Positions 38,278 to 47,653 of a DNA stretch of 64,000 nucleotides are shown here, one piece after another. The translations under genes and the position numbers were made by a program. Origin of the DNA: Bacilli bacterium (GTDB lineage Bacteria; Bacillota_I; Bacilli_A; ML615J-28; CAG-313); NCBI GenBank assembly GCA_045652765.1, contig JAZOLG010000051.1, positions 10,576 to 74,575 of the forward strand, in the 5' to 3' direction. Position 1 is the stretch's first letter, and every line of letters starts with the position of its first letter. The notes below the pieces were generated by a model, which had not been told where the DNA came from, ran no database searches, and worked only from the letters and a program-made list of their open reading frames with translations.

Positions 38278-38808
38278 ATGAATATTTGGCACGATTTAGA
38301 TTTAAAAAGAATAACACCAGAAGAATTTATAGTTTGTATTGAAATATCTAAGAATAGTAAAATGAAATATGAACTTGATAAAGAAACTGGTAGACTCATT
38401 CTTGATAGAGTGCTTTTTACTTCAACTCATTATCCTGCAAATTATGGTTTTATACCAAAAACTTATGCCGGCGATGATGATCCACTTGATGTGTTAGTGC
38501 TTTGCCAAGCAGAAATTATTCCACTTTGTCTTGTAAAATGTCGACCAATTGGTGTAATTAAAATGATTGATAATGATCAAGTAGATGAAAAAGTTATTGC
38601 TGTACCTGTTGGTGATCCATCATGGAATAGTTACAAAAACATTGATGAATTACCTGAACACATTTTAGATGAAATGCGACATTTCTTTGGTGTATATAAA
38701 CAACTAGAGGGAAAAACGACATCAATTGTCGAAACTAGAGGACCAATTGAGGCCGAAAGAATTATTTCATCAGCAATTCAAAGATATCAAGAAACATTTA
38801 GAAAATAG
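38278..38808 (+). CDS. ppa: Family I inorganic pyrophosphatase
   Basis: KYELDK, LDRVL, YPANYGFIP, DDDPLDVLV, DEKVIAV. Confidence 0.96.
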   Translation: MNIWHDLDLKRITPEEFIVCIEISKNSKMKYELDKETGRLILDRVLFTSTHYPANYGFIPKTYAGDDDPLDVLVLCQAEIIPLCLVKCRPIGVIKMIDNDQVDEKVIAVPVGDPSWNSYKNIDELPEHILDEMRHFFGVYKQLEGKTTSIVETRGPIEAERIISSAIQRYQETFRK

Positions 38809-38816
38809 GAGTTTTT

Positions 38817-40823
38817 ATGAAACACATATGGAAATTTATTGTAATTAGTTTGTTTTACTTCTTATTAACCTGCTGTAATCAACCAAAACAAGATGTTTAC
38901 TACAAAGTATATTTAAATATACAAGAACCACAATTATTTGAATCTTATGCCTTCCAAGAATATTACGAAGTTAAAGAAGATGAAAGCTTTATTTTGCCTG
39001 TTTTAAATAGTTCTGATATTGTAAACTTATATCAAGAAACTTCTAGTGAAAATATTAAGGAATTAATTCAAACTACGTATATGATTAATTATAGTGGATG
39101 GTTTGATGAACAAAATAATCTATTAAATAATGAAGTGGTTATTACTGAAGATACACAAATAACTTTAGGATATTCTTATACAACAGAAACAAAAAAAGTT
39201 AAGTTTAATTTAAATGACGGTTTACTTAATGAACTTCCAAGTATCAATGACGGTAAATTAGTTTTACCTGATGCTGTAAAAGAAAATAGTATTTTCCAAG
39301 GCTGGTATACTAATGCAAGTTTTATTAGTGATAAACAAGTAGAAATTGATTTTAATGAATTTGATAAACAATTAAATTTATATGCGAAATTTACGATTGA
39401 TCCAGAATATGTTATTAATTTAATAAGTCAATTACCTGATAGTCCAATGATTGATGATATCGAACAAATTAAACTAGTTCAAAGAGAATACAATCGTCTA
39501 GGATTAAGTGACCGAGAAAAAATTACTAATTATGCTAAATTAAAAGGTTTATATCAAAAATTAAGTGATTTAGAACTTGCGAAAGAGTTTTACGATAAAA
39601 TTAATGATTTATATGCTCAAGAAGTAACTGTTAACTTAAGAGATGATATTGAAGAAATAGAGGAATTATTAACTCAAATAACTGATGAACATTATTTGTT
39701 AATGCCACAAATTGATTTAAATCGATTCTACGAAATTATCGAAGAAATTGAGGCAATATTAGTTATATATCAAGAAGATGCTAAAGCTTTTGATAAAGCA
39801 GTTATTAGTATTCCAATTTTTATGGAACAATACTATGAACAAGAAATCAAAATCTTATATGAAAATTATCAAACATTTGATGATACTTTAAAAGCTATTA
39901 TTACTTCAACCCATAAGTTAAATCGTTTATATCAAAATTTATTAGAAATGGAAGCAAGTGATGAAACTATTTATTATTTAAATCCAGAAACTACTAAAGT
40001 TGCATATTTATCGAAAGAACAATTATGTGAAGGATTCTTTACTGATTTCTATTATTATATTGTTTCATATCATGGCACAAGTCATCTTGAAAAAAATAAT
40101 TTATATGATGTTTACGACTTTGTTGAATTATCGCAAGATTTTACTGGTGCAGGTGCAAACAATTTATATGGTATTGGTAATATTGCGGGTAGATATTTAT
40201 TAGAAAAAGATATTAATGGTATTTTAGAAAATCAAACTGATAATGCCTTCTTTGGTTTTTGTTATCAAAATGGAATGTATAAAGATGTTTTGCCATTCTT
40301 TATTAATTTCTTTGCATATTGGCGTATAGACGAAAAATATGCAAATACTTCAAATTATGGTGCTGATATATTTGCTGAAAGTTGGGCACCAACTGTAGAT
40401 ATTGCTAAATTCTTCTATTATAATGAAGAAACTTCATATGTAAAAACAGAACGTATGATTGATTGTTTAACTAATACAGCATCAGTTGTTTATGGATTAG
40501 AAGATGACATTTTAAATATTAGAATGCGTGGATATAAATTTATGGGTTGGTATGATAATCCAGAGTTTAGTGGTAGTCCAATTACTGATTTATCAAAATA
40601 TTCAAAAGTATATGCTAAGTGGGAAATTGATGAACAACAACAAGCCCAAGATGCCGCAAACTTAGTTGATGTTTATATTTATAATCTTACAACTAAAAAG
40701 GCCGTAGTTAATGTAACAACTGTTACTTATGTTAAAAATATGTATAATAATTTAACAGAATATGGCAAATCGCTTGTTAAAAACTATTCAACTTTACAAG
40801 AATATATTAGAAATAACCAATAA
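38817..40823 (+). CDS. Lipoprotein with InlB B-repeat-like domains and helical repeats
   Basis: Lipobox LLTC; FQGWY...LYAKF and FMGWY...VYAKW repeats; YNRL...ITNYAKL and YNNL...VKNYSTL repeats. Confidence 0.65.
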   Translation: MKHIWKFIVISLFYFLLTCCNQPKQDVYYKVYLNIQEPQLFESYAFQEYYEVKEDESFILPVLNSSDIVNLYQETSSENIKELIQTTYMINYSGWFDEQNNLLNNEVVITEDTQITLGYSYTTETKKVKFNLNDGLLNELPSINDGKLVLPDAVKENSIFQGWYTNASFISDKQVEIDFNEFDKQLNLYAKFTIDPEYVINLISQLPDSPMIDDIEQIKLVQREYNRLGLSDREKITNYAKLKGLYQKLSDLELAKEFYDKINDLYAQEVTVNLRDDIEEIEELLTQITDEHYLLMPQIDLNRFYEIIEEIEAILVIYQEDAKAFDKAVISIPIFMEQYYEQEIKILYENYQTFDDTLKAIITSTHKLNRLYQNLLEMEASDETIYYLNPETTKVAYLSKEQLCEGFFTDFYYYIVSYHGTSHLEKNNLYDVYDFVELSQDFTGAGANNLYGIGNIAGRYLLEKDINGILENQTDNAFFGFCYQNGMYKDVLPFFINFFAYWRIDEKYANTSNYGADIFAESWAPTVDIAKFFYYNEETSYVKTERMIDCLTNTASVVYGLEDDILNIRMRGYKFMGWYDNPEFSGSPITDLSKYSKVYAKWEIDEQQQAQDAANLVDVYIYNLTTKKAVVNVTTVTYVKNMYNNLTEYGKSLVKNYSTLQEYIRNNQ

Positions 40824-40864
40824 AATTTGATAAAATATCGTTATCTTAATCAAGAGGTGATATA

Positions 40865-41407
40865 ATGAAAAAGCTATTTTTATTAATGCTATTATTTGTT
40901 CTAACAGGTTGTTTTAAGAGTACACCATATGACCCTTGGGGCGAAGTATATGTTAAATCAAGTCCTTCAGTAGGTGATGCTGGTGTTGGCGAAGTTGTTG
41001 ATTTTGAAACAAAATATAAACAATATGACCTCAGTCAAAACCGAAGTATTCCAGCAACTATTGGAACAGGATATAAATATGGTGACCCTATTGGACCTTA
41101 TTCTTCATTATATATTGCAGTTGTATCTAATGAAGAAGAATTAAAAACTTATTCATATGAATATTACAATTTCAATAGTGTTATTTATGAATCAACAGTA
41201 GCACATGATGATTCTTTTTTAGTTATTCCTTTTTATGATGACTTTTACCCTAAATATCATGAAGAACTAGAAATAGAAATTCCCGAGGATATTGCTAATG
41301 GTTACATATTAGTTCAACAACGTTGGGATCTAGAACGTCCAAATGGTATTCATATAAAAGTATATTTTGAAATCATTGATAACATTTTATATTTTAAAAC
41401 AGAATAA
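40865..41407 (+). CDS. Hypothetical lipoprotein
   Basis: MKK, hydrophobic stretch, LTGC lipobox. Confidence 0.7.
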   Translation: MKKLFLLMLLFVLTGCFKSTPYDPWGEVYVKSSPSVGDAGVGEVVDFETKYKQYDLSQNRSIPATIGTGYKYGDPIGPYSSLYIAVVSNEEELKTYSYEYYNFNSVIYESTVAHDDSFLVIPFYDDFYPKYHEELEIEIPEDIANGYILVQQRWDLERPNGIHIKVYFEIIDNILYFKTE

Positions 41408-41432
41408 GACGCTTTTGAAAAAGCGTCTTTTT
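41406..41432 (+). terminator. Intrinsic terminator
   Basis: AAGACGCTTTT-ga-AAAAGCGTCTT plus T-tract. Confidence 0.8.
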
Positions 41433-41476
41433 ACATTTAAATATAATATTATGTTATAATAAACTGAGGTGTTAAA

Positions 41477-42457
41477 ATGACAACATTTGAAAGATTAACC
41501 AAAAATATTATTGTTCATAAAGACCAAGGATATGCACTATATTATTATAACAATGGTGAAATACTAGAAAAAGTAAATGGTAAAGTAACTTGCGATAAAA
41601 GTTCTAACATTACCTTTGAAACTAATTTTCGCTTAGCTTCTGTTTCTAAACAGTTTATTGCTTTTAGTATTATTAATTTAATTAAAGATAATAAAATTAG
41701 CTATGATACTAATATCTTAAGTTTATATCCCGATTTACCAAATTATTTTAATAAAATAACAATAAAAAATTTACTTAATCATACATCAGGTATTTATGAT
41801 TATGAAGATATGGATCATAAAGATGATGACCCACAAGTACAAGATAAAGATATCTTAGACTTTTTAAAATCAACCAAGGAAACTTATTTCGAAGTAGGCA
41901 CAAAATACAAATACAGTAATACTGCATATATTTTACTTGGCTTAATTGTGGAATTAGTAAGCGGTGTCAATATAAATAATTATATTGAAACAGAAGTATT
42001 TAATAAAGCTAATATGCTAGCTTCAAAAGTAAATATTGAGGGAATAACAAAAATTGAAAATCGAGCGTATGGTCATTTACTGGATAAAAATAATAATTTG
42101 TTTGTAAAAGATCAATATTGGTGTAGCGCAACAATTGGTGATGGTGGTTTATATTCATCAGTTAATGATTTAAAAAAATGGTGTAAATATTTAGTATCAA
42201 CATCTAATTTTCAAGACATGAAAATACCTAATTATATAAACGAAACAGAATATAATTTTTATGGATTGGGTATTAGAACAATAGATGTGGAAGGTAATTT
42301 AATACATTATCATTGTGGAGATACGATTGGTACTAATACATTACTTCTTTTTTCTGAAGATTTGAATTTATGTTTAATTTTCTTAACTAATTTAGGCAAT
42401 ATTAATACAGAGATTATGAAAAATAATTTAGTAGAAATAATAAAAGACAAGAGTTAA
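41477..42457 (+). CDS. Serine hydrolase, beta-lactamase/AmpC-like family (cytoplasmic)
   Basis: LASVSKQF (SxxK), LLNHTSG, YKYSN (YxN), GGLYSS, HCG; no signal peptide. Confidence 0.85.
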   Translation: MTTFERLTKNIIVHKDQGYALYYYNNGEILEKVNGKVTCDKSSNITFETNFRLASVSKQFIAFSIINLIKDNKISYDTNILSLYPDLPNYFNKITIKNLLNHTSGIYDYEDMDHKDDDPQVQDKDILDFLKSTKETYFEVGTKYKYSNTAYILLGLIVELVSGVNINNYIETEVFNKANMLASKVNIEGITKIENRAYGHLLDKNNNLFVKDQYWCSATIGDGGLYSSVNDLKKWCKYLVSTSNFQDMKIPNYINETEYNFYGLGIRTIDVEGNLIHYHCGDTIGTNTLLLFSEDLNLCLIFLTNLGNINTEIMKNNLVEIIKDKS

Positions 42458-42470
42458 TCTTGTCTTTTAT
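42440..42470. terminator. Bidirectional intrinsic terminator
   Basis: ATAAAAGACAAGA-gttaa-TCTTGTCTTTTAT between convergent genes. Confidence 0.8.
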
Positions 42471-42886
42471 TCTTTACTAATTAATTTTTTATTTAATTTA
42501 TTAGTTTTTATTTTTTCAGTAAAATATATAATTAACCAAATTAATAAGTAACCAATAACAAATACGATACTAAAAATTATAATTCCATCATTATTTAACC
42601 AATCATTAAGTAAATAGGTTATTAAATAACACAAATATAAAAATAGCCCGTGAATAATAATTTGAAAACCTATACCTATTTTTTCTATTTGCCAAATAAC
42701 TGAAGAAGCCGCAATTAAAAAAGCCATAAGAGATGTAGATATAATACCTTTAAATAGATTAATTCCATCAATAGATTTTTCAACATTGCATAAGTATAGA
42801 ATTAATATAATAATACTATAAACAATTGGTCCAAATCCCATACATAGAAGTCCCCTCATTAAGAACTCTTTAACTATTTTTTTCAT
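42467..42886 (-). CDS. DUF3021 membrane protein (LytTR-system inhibitor type)
   Basis: Four TM helices, QIIIHG, LLNDW, YLLIWLIIY..KLNKKL; translationally coupled to the LytTR gene. Confidence 0.8.
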   Translation of the reverse strand: MKKIVKEFLMRGLLCMGFGPIVYSIIILILYLCNVEKSIDGINLFKGIISTSLMAFLIAASSVIWQIEKIGIGFQIIIHGLFLYLCYLITYLLNDWLNNDGIIIFSIVFVIGYLLIWLIIYFTEKIKTNKLNKKLISKE

Positions 42887-43314
42887 TACTTAATACCAAT
42901 CCTTTCTTTAACTTGTTTTAACATTCTTCTTGAAACATAGTCTTTAAAACCTGATTTTAATACTACAAGTAAACTTACACCAATTGTTACTTCAAAGTGA
43001 TCTATATAATTAATATTCACAATACAACTTTGATTAATATAAATAAAGTTATCATTTAGTATTTCTTTTATTTCATAAAGTCTTTTTTTCACGTGATATT
43101 TAATGCCTGAATTTAGGGCATACACTTTATCACCTTCGGTATAAAAACATTCAATTTCTAAAGGATTTAGGCCTTTAATTTGATTTTGTTTATAACCTAT
43201 AATATTTATATTATCCGTTAGACACATTGTTTCAATTATATTAAAAAGCTCATTTTTTTCTTTGCCATAGGCTATAATTTCATATGTATCTGATTTTATA
43301 AAACGAAACTTCAT
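42886..43314 (-). CDS. Stand-alone LytTR transcriptional regulator
   Basis: KKRLYEI...FIYINQSCIVNINYI...DYVSRR; no receiver domain. Confidence 0.88.
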   Translation of the reverse strand: MKFRFIKSDTYEIIAYGKEKNELFNIIETMCLTDNINIIGYKQNQIKGLNPLEIECFYTEGDKVYALNSGIKYHVKKRLYEIKEILNDNFIYINQSCIVNINYIDHFEVTIGVSLLVVLKSGFKDYVSRRMLKQVKERIGIK

Positions 43315-43334
43315 ATTAGTCCTCCATGTATAAT

Positions 43335-43403
43335 ATTATATCTTATTTTCATAAACGATTCAAGTATAAATAAGTATTAGGTAATTTTTTGAAAACATTC
43401 GGT
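43335..43403 (-). promoter_or_regulatory. LytTR operon promoter with imperfect 9-bp direct repeats
   Basis: Minus strand: ACCGAATGT-12 bp-ACCTAATAC, then 10 bp, TTGAAT, 17 bp, TATAAT. Confidence 0.55.
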
Positions 43404-43478
43404 ATGTTAAAACTATTATTGCAAAAAAATTGACAATATTTTATTTATTTAATAAGATATTATTAGGAAGGTATATAT

Positions 43479-44258
43479 ATGATAGAAATTATATTTAGTG
43501 TAGTAATACCATTTATCGGAACAATTCTAGGCGCATCACTTGTTTTCTTTGTTAAAGGCAAAATGAGTAGTAATGTCCAAAAAGCATTTAGTGGTTTTGC
43601 GGCAGGAGTGATGATTGCTGCAGCTTTTTGGAGTTTAATTATTCCTTCATTTGATGCTGCAAGTAATATGGGTAAACTTTCATTTATACCAGTCGTTGTT
43701 GGACTTTGGTTAGGGTTTATGTTTTTAATGTTACTTGATAAAGTAATTCCACATATTCATATTGATAGTGGTGAAAAAGAAGGACCAAGTTGTAATTTAA
43801 AAAAATCAACAATGACCGCCTTAGCTGTTGCTCTTCATAATTTACCAGAAGGTATTGCGGTTGGTGTTGTGCTAGCATCTGCTACATCAAGTAACAGTAC
43901 TGTTTCAATTTCAATGGCTATTGCATTAGCAATTGGAATAGCTGTACAAAATTTTCCAGAAGGGGCGATTATTTCCCTACCGCTTGCTAATTGTGGTGTC
44001 AAAAAGTCTAAAACTTTTACTCTTGGAGTTTTGAGTGGAATCGTCGAACCACTTGGTGCACTTCTTACAATGTTACTAGCGAGTTTTATTACACCGGCAC
44101 TACCATATCTTTTAAGTTTTGCAGCTGGTGCGATGATTTATGTTGTTATAGAAGAGTTGATTCCTGAAATGACTGAAGGAAAGCATTCTCATATAGGTAC
44201 AATTTTTTTCGCACTTGGATTTTCTTTGATGATGATATTAGATGTTATATTAGGCTAG
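43479..44258 (+). CDS. ZIP family metal transporter (ZupT/GufA-like)
   Basis: FAAGVM, PHIH, LHNLPEG, QNFPEG, AAGAMIYVVIEELIPE. Confidence 0.92.
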   Translation: MIEIIFSVVIPFIGTILGASLVFFVKGKMSSNVQKAFSGFAAGVMIAAAFWSLIIPSFDAASNMGKLSFIPVVVGLWLGFMFLMLLDKVIPHIHIDSGEKEGPSCNLKKSTMTALAVALHNLPEGIAVGVVLASATSSNSTVSISMAIALAIGIAVQNFPEGAIISLPLANCGVKKSKTFTLGVLSGIVEPLGALLTMLLASFITPALPYLLSFAAGAMIYVVIEELIPEMTEGKHSHIGTIFFALGFSLMMILDVILG

Positions 44259-44279
44259 ATATTCTAGCCTATTTTTTTT
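44250..44279 (+). terminator. Intrinsic terminator
   Basis: TAGGCTAGA-tat-TCTAGCCTA plus T8. Confidence 0.8.
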
Positions 44280-44304
44280 AAAAAAAATAAATAGGTATAA
44301 TACC

Positions 44305-44333
44305 TTGAATAAAAACGAAATTCGTGATATAAT
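44305..44333 (+). promoter_or_regulatory. Sigma-A promoter of the pyr operon
   Basis: TTGAAT, 17 bp spacer, TGnTATAAT. Confidence 0.75.
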
Positions 44334-44354
44334 ACTAAAAAAATAAAAAATATC

Positions 44355-44465
44355 AGTTGTTTTGTCAAAAAAGTATATTTAGTTCAATTTTGAAACTAAG
44401 AACAACTTAAATTAAAATTGGAATTCTTAGTTTTCAAGTCTTTTTGATTTGAAGACTATTTTTTT
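44355..44465 (+). promoter_or_regulatory. pyr leader attenuator (anti-antiterminator / antiterminator / terminator)
   Basis: Terminator TAGTTTTCAAGTC/GATTTGAAGACTA plus T7 (44428-44465); TTGAAACTAAGAA can pair with TTCTTAGTTTTCAA or with upstream TTTAGTTCAA. Confidence 0.7.
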
Positions 44466-44477
44466 AAGAGGTGTATT

Positions 44478-45350
44478 ATGAAAGGCTTATTAACACTTAA
44501 AGAATTAGAAACAAATAAAATCATGGAATTAATAGAGTATGCAATTAAACTAAAAAATGGATATGTTGTTAAATATCCTGATAAGAAAGTTGCTACTCTT
44601 TTTTTTGAAAATTCGACTAGAACGCATTATTCTTTTCAAACAGCTTTAATTAATTTAGGTATCAATGTATTAAGCTGTGATGTTCGTAACTCAAGTGTAG
44701 CAAAAGGTGAAACACTGTATGATACAGTTAGAACATTTGAAGCTTTAGGTGTTGATGGTGTTGTTATTAGATCATCACAAGATGAATACTTTAAAGAACT
44801 TGAAAATATTAATATTCCAATATTTAATGGTGGTGATGGCAAAAGTAATCATCCAACGCAATCTTTATTAGACTTAATGACAATATATGAAGAATTTGGA
44901 AAGTTTGAAGGTTTAAAATGTTGTATTGTTGGAGACATCCTACATTCAAGAGTAGCGCATACTAATATTGAAGTTATGGAAAGACTTGGAATGGATGTTT
45001 ATATTTCTGGACCAAGTGAATATAATGATAATTCAGCTAAATATATTCCATTTGAAGAAGCTGTTAAAACAATGGATGTAATTATGTTGCTTCGAGTACA
45101 ATTTGAAAGACATTCTGAATCTATGAGTATGAGCGTTGAAGAATATCATAAGCAATATGGATTATCCATGGATAAAGTTAATGAGATGTTACCACACGCT
45201 ATTATTATGCATCCAGCGCCAGTAAATAGAGGTGTTGAAATTGCTGATGATGTTGTGGAATGTGCAAAATCTAGAATATATAAGCAAATGACCAACGGGG
45301 TATACATTCGTATGGCCGCAATCTCATTTGCGATGGAAGGTAAACTATGA
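44478..45350 (+). CDS. pyrB: Aspartate carbamoyltransferase
   Basis: FFENSTRT, HPTQSLLD, GDILHSRV, MHPAPVNRG. Confidence 0.97.
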   Translation: MKGLLTLKELETNKIMELIEYAIKLKNGYVVKYPDKKVATLFFENSTRTHYSFQTALINLGINVLSCDVRNSSVAKGETLYDTVRTFEALGVDGVVIRSSQDEYFKELENINIPIFNGGDGKSNHPTQSLLDLMTIYEEFGKFEGLKCCIVGDILHSRVAHTNIEVMERLGMDVYISGPSEYNDNSAKYIPFEEAVKTMDVIMLLRVQFERHSESMSMSVEEYHKQYGLSMDKVNEMLPHAIIMHPAPVNRGVEIADDVVECAKSRIYKQMTNGVYIRMAAISFAMEGKL

Positions 45351-46546
45351 TACTAATTAAGAATGGCAAAGTAATTGAAAATAATCAACTCATTAAAAAA
45401 GATATTTTAATTGACAATAATTTAATTGTTCAAATAGATTCTGAGGTTGTATGTGATTGTGAAACAATTGACGCATCCAATATGCTTGTTATGCCTGGCG
45501 CAGTAGATGTACATGTTCATTTAAGAGAACCTGGTTTTGAAAATAAAGAAACGATAAAAACAGGAACAATGTCATGTGCTAAAGGTGGATTAACTTCAAT
45601 TATGTCAATGCCAAACTTAAATCCGTGTCCAGATAATTTAGAACATTTAAATAAACAAATTGATATTATTAAGAAAGATGCCATTATTAATGTTTATCCA
45701 TTTGGTACTATTACAATTAATGAACAAGATAAAGAACTTGCAAAAATTGAAGAATTTAAAGATTTAGTTTATGGCATAACAGATGATGGAAGAGGCGTAA
45801 ATAATTTAACTATTTTAGAACAAGCAATGCAACTTGCAAAAAAATATGATCTAACTATTGCATCTCACGCTGAAGATAATGTTTATAAAACATTACCCGA
45901 AGGAGAATACATTGCTGTAAAACGTGAAATAGAACTGGCTAAAAAAATAGGTTGTAAATATCATTTCTGTCATATGTCAACTAAAGAATCATTTGACGCA
46001 ATCAGAATTGCTCAAAAAGAGGGTTATCCGATCACATGTGAAGTTGCACCACATCATTTAATTCTAAATAGCGATATGATTAAAGATGCAAACTGGAAAA
46101 TGAATCCTCCGCTTAGAAGTGAAATTGATCGACTTGCAACAGTAGAAGCATTACTTGATGGTACAGCTTGTATGATAGCATCTGATCATGCTCCACATAC
46201 GGAAATAGAAAAATCACAAGAATATGATTTATGTCCAAATGGTATAATAGGTGCAGAAACAATGTTGCCAATAATTTATACACATTTTGTTAAAAATGGC
46301 TTAATTAGTTTAGATCGATTTTTAGATATTTTAGTTTATAATCCAATTAAAGTATTTAACTTACCTAAAAGAGATTTAAGGGTTGGAAGTGTTGCAGATA
46401 TCACAATATTAGATATTGAAAACAAACACACTTATACCAAAGAAGAAATATTATCGATGGGAAAAAATTCACCATTTATTGGCATGAGTTTTTATGGCTT
46501 CCCAAAATATACAATAGTTAATGGAAAAATAGTTTTCCAAAAGTAA
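45347..46546 (+). CDS. pyrC: Dihydroorotase
   Basis: DVHVHLREPG, MPN, EVAPHHL, KMNPPLR, SDHAPH. Confidence 0.96.
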   Translation: MILIKNGKVIENNQLIKKDILIDNNLIVQIDSEVVCDCETIDASNMLVMPGAVDVHVHLREPGFENKETIKTGTMSCAKGGLTSIMSMPNLNPCPDNLEHLNKQIDIIKKDAIINVYPFGTITINEQDKELAKIEEFKDLVYGITDDGRGVNNLTILEQAMQLAKKYDLTIASHAEDNVYKTLPEGEYIAVKREIELAKKIGCKYHFCHMSTKESFDAIRIAQKEGYPITCEVAPHHLILNSDMIKDANWKMNPPLRSEIDRLATVEALLDGTACMIASDHAPHTEIEKSQEYDLCPNGIIGAETMLPIIYTHFVKNGLISLDRFLDILVYNPIKVFNLPKRDLRVGSVADITILDIENKHTYTKEEILSMGKNSPFIGMSFYGFPKYTIVNGKIVFQK

Positions 46547-46561
46547 AGGAGACGAACTTAT

Positions 46562-47653
46562 ATGAATAATCGTAAATTAGTATTAGAAAATGGTCAAGTA
46601 TTTGAAGGTATTGGTTTTGGTAGTTTAAACGAAACTGTTGCTGAAATTATTTGTAACACTGCTGTTGTTGGTTATCAAGAAATTATTTCAGATCCAACAA
46701 ATACTGCTAAAATTGTTTGTATGACATATCCTTTAATTGGGAACTATGGACTTACAGATGAAGACTATGAGTCAAAACATATATGTACAAAAGGTTTAAT
46801 TGTTCGTGAATATAATGAAATTCCATCCAACTTTCGTTATACAAGAACGTTAGAAGAAGTAATGGAAGAAAATAATGTTTGTGGTATTCAAGGTATCGAT
46901 ACAAGAGAATTAATGAAAACTATTCAAGAACAAGGAACAATGAAAGCATTAATTTGTGATATTGAAAAACCATTTGATGAGTGTATGACATTATTAAACG
47001 AATATAGTGAACCTTTAAATTTAGTTCAAAGTGTTACATCAAAGAAAGTTTGGTATTCAAGAACACCAAACCCAATGTATAATGTGGCAGTTATAGATTT
47101 AGGAACAAAACTAAATTTAATAAAAGGCTTAAATAATGCTGGCTGTAATGTTATTAGTTTTCCATATAATACGACTAAAGAAGAAATCTTAAAATACAAA
47201 CCTAATGGATTATTCATTTCATCAGGACCAGGAAATCCAACTAATTTAAAAGATGTAGTAGAAGTTATCAAAAGTTTTATTGGCATACTTCCGATTTTTG
47301 GTGTAGGTCTTGGCCATCAATTAATTGGACTTGCGTATGATGCAACTACTTGCAAAATGAAAACTGGTCATCATGGATGTAATTATCCTGTTAAAAATTT
47401 GAAAACAGGTAAAGTGGAAATCTCTGTTCAAAACCATTTATATACAATTGATCGTCAAAGTTTAAAAGGAACAAGTTTAAAAGTAACTCATGAAAATGTT
47501 ATAACTAATGAAGTAGAAGGCTTTGAAGATTCAAAAAATAAAGTTATGAGTATTGAATTTGAACCATTTACAATAATTGACCAAAATACAGAAGATGTAT
47601 ATCAAAAATTCATTACTTTAATGAAGAAACATGGAGGTCGTAAAAATGCCTAA
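46562..47653 (+). CDS. carA: Carbamoyl-phosphate synthase small subunit (catalytic triad degenerate)
   Basis: GYQEIISDP, TYPLIGNYG, SSGPGNP, GHHGCNYPV; has GVGLGHQ and SIEFEP where GICLGHQ and SVQxHPE are expected. Confidence 0.93.
   Translation: MNNRKLVLENGQVFEGIGFGSLNETVAEIICNTAVVGYQEIISDPTNTAKIVCMTYPLIGNYGLTDEDYESKHICTKGLIVREYNEIPSNFRYTRTLEEVMEENNVCGIQGIDTRELMKTIQEQGTMKALICDIEKPFDECMTLLNEYSEPLNLVQSVTSKKVWYSRTPNPMYNVAVIDLGTKLNLIKGLNNAGCNVISFPYNTTKEEILKYKPNGLFISSGPGNPTNLKDVVEVIKSFIGILPIFGVGLGHQLIGLAYDATTCKMKTGHHGCNYPVKNLKTGKVEISVQNHLYTIDRQSLKGTSLKVTHENVITNEVEGFEDSKNKVMSIEFEPFTIIDQNTEDVYQKFITLMKKHGGRKNA

Noticed and set aside
41477-42457. Beta-lactam resistance gene
   Set aside because: No signal peptide; a generic SxxK hydrolase, so activity cannot be assigned from motifs.
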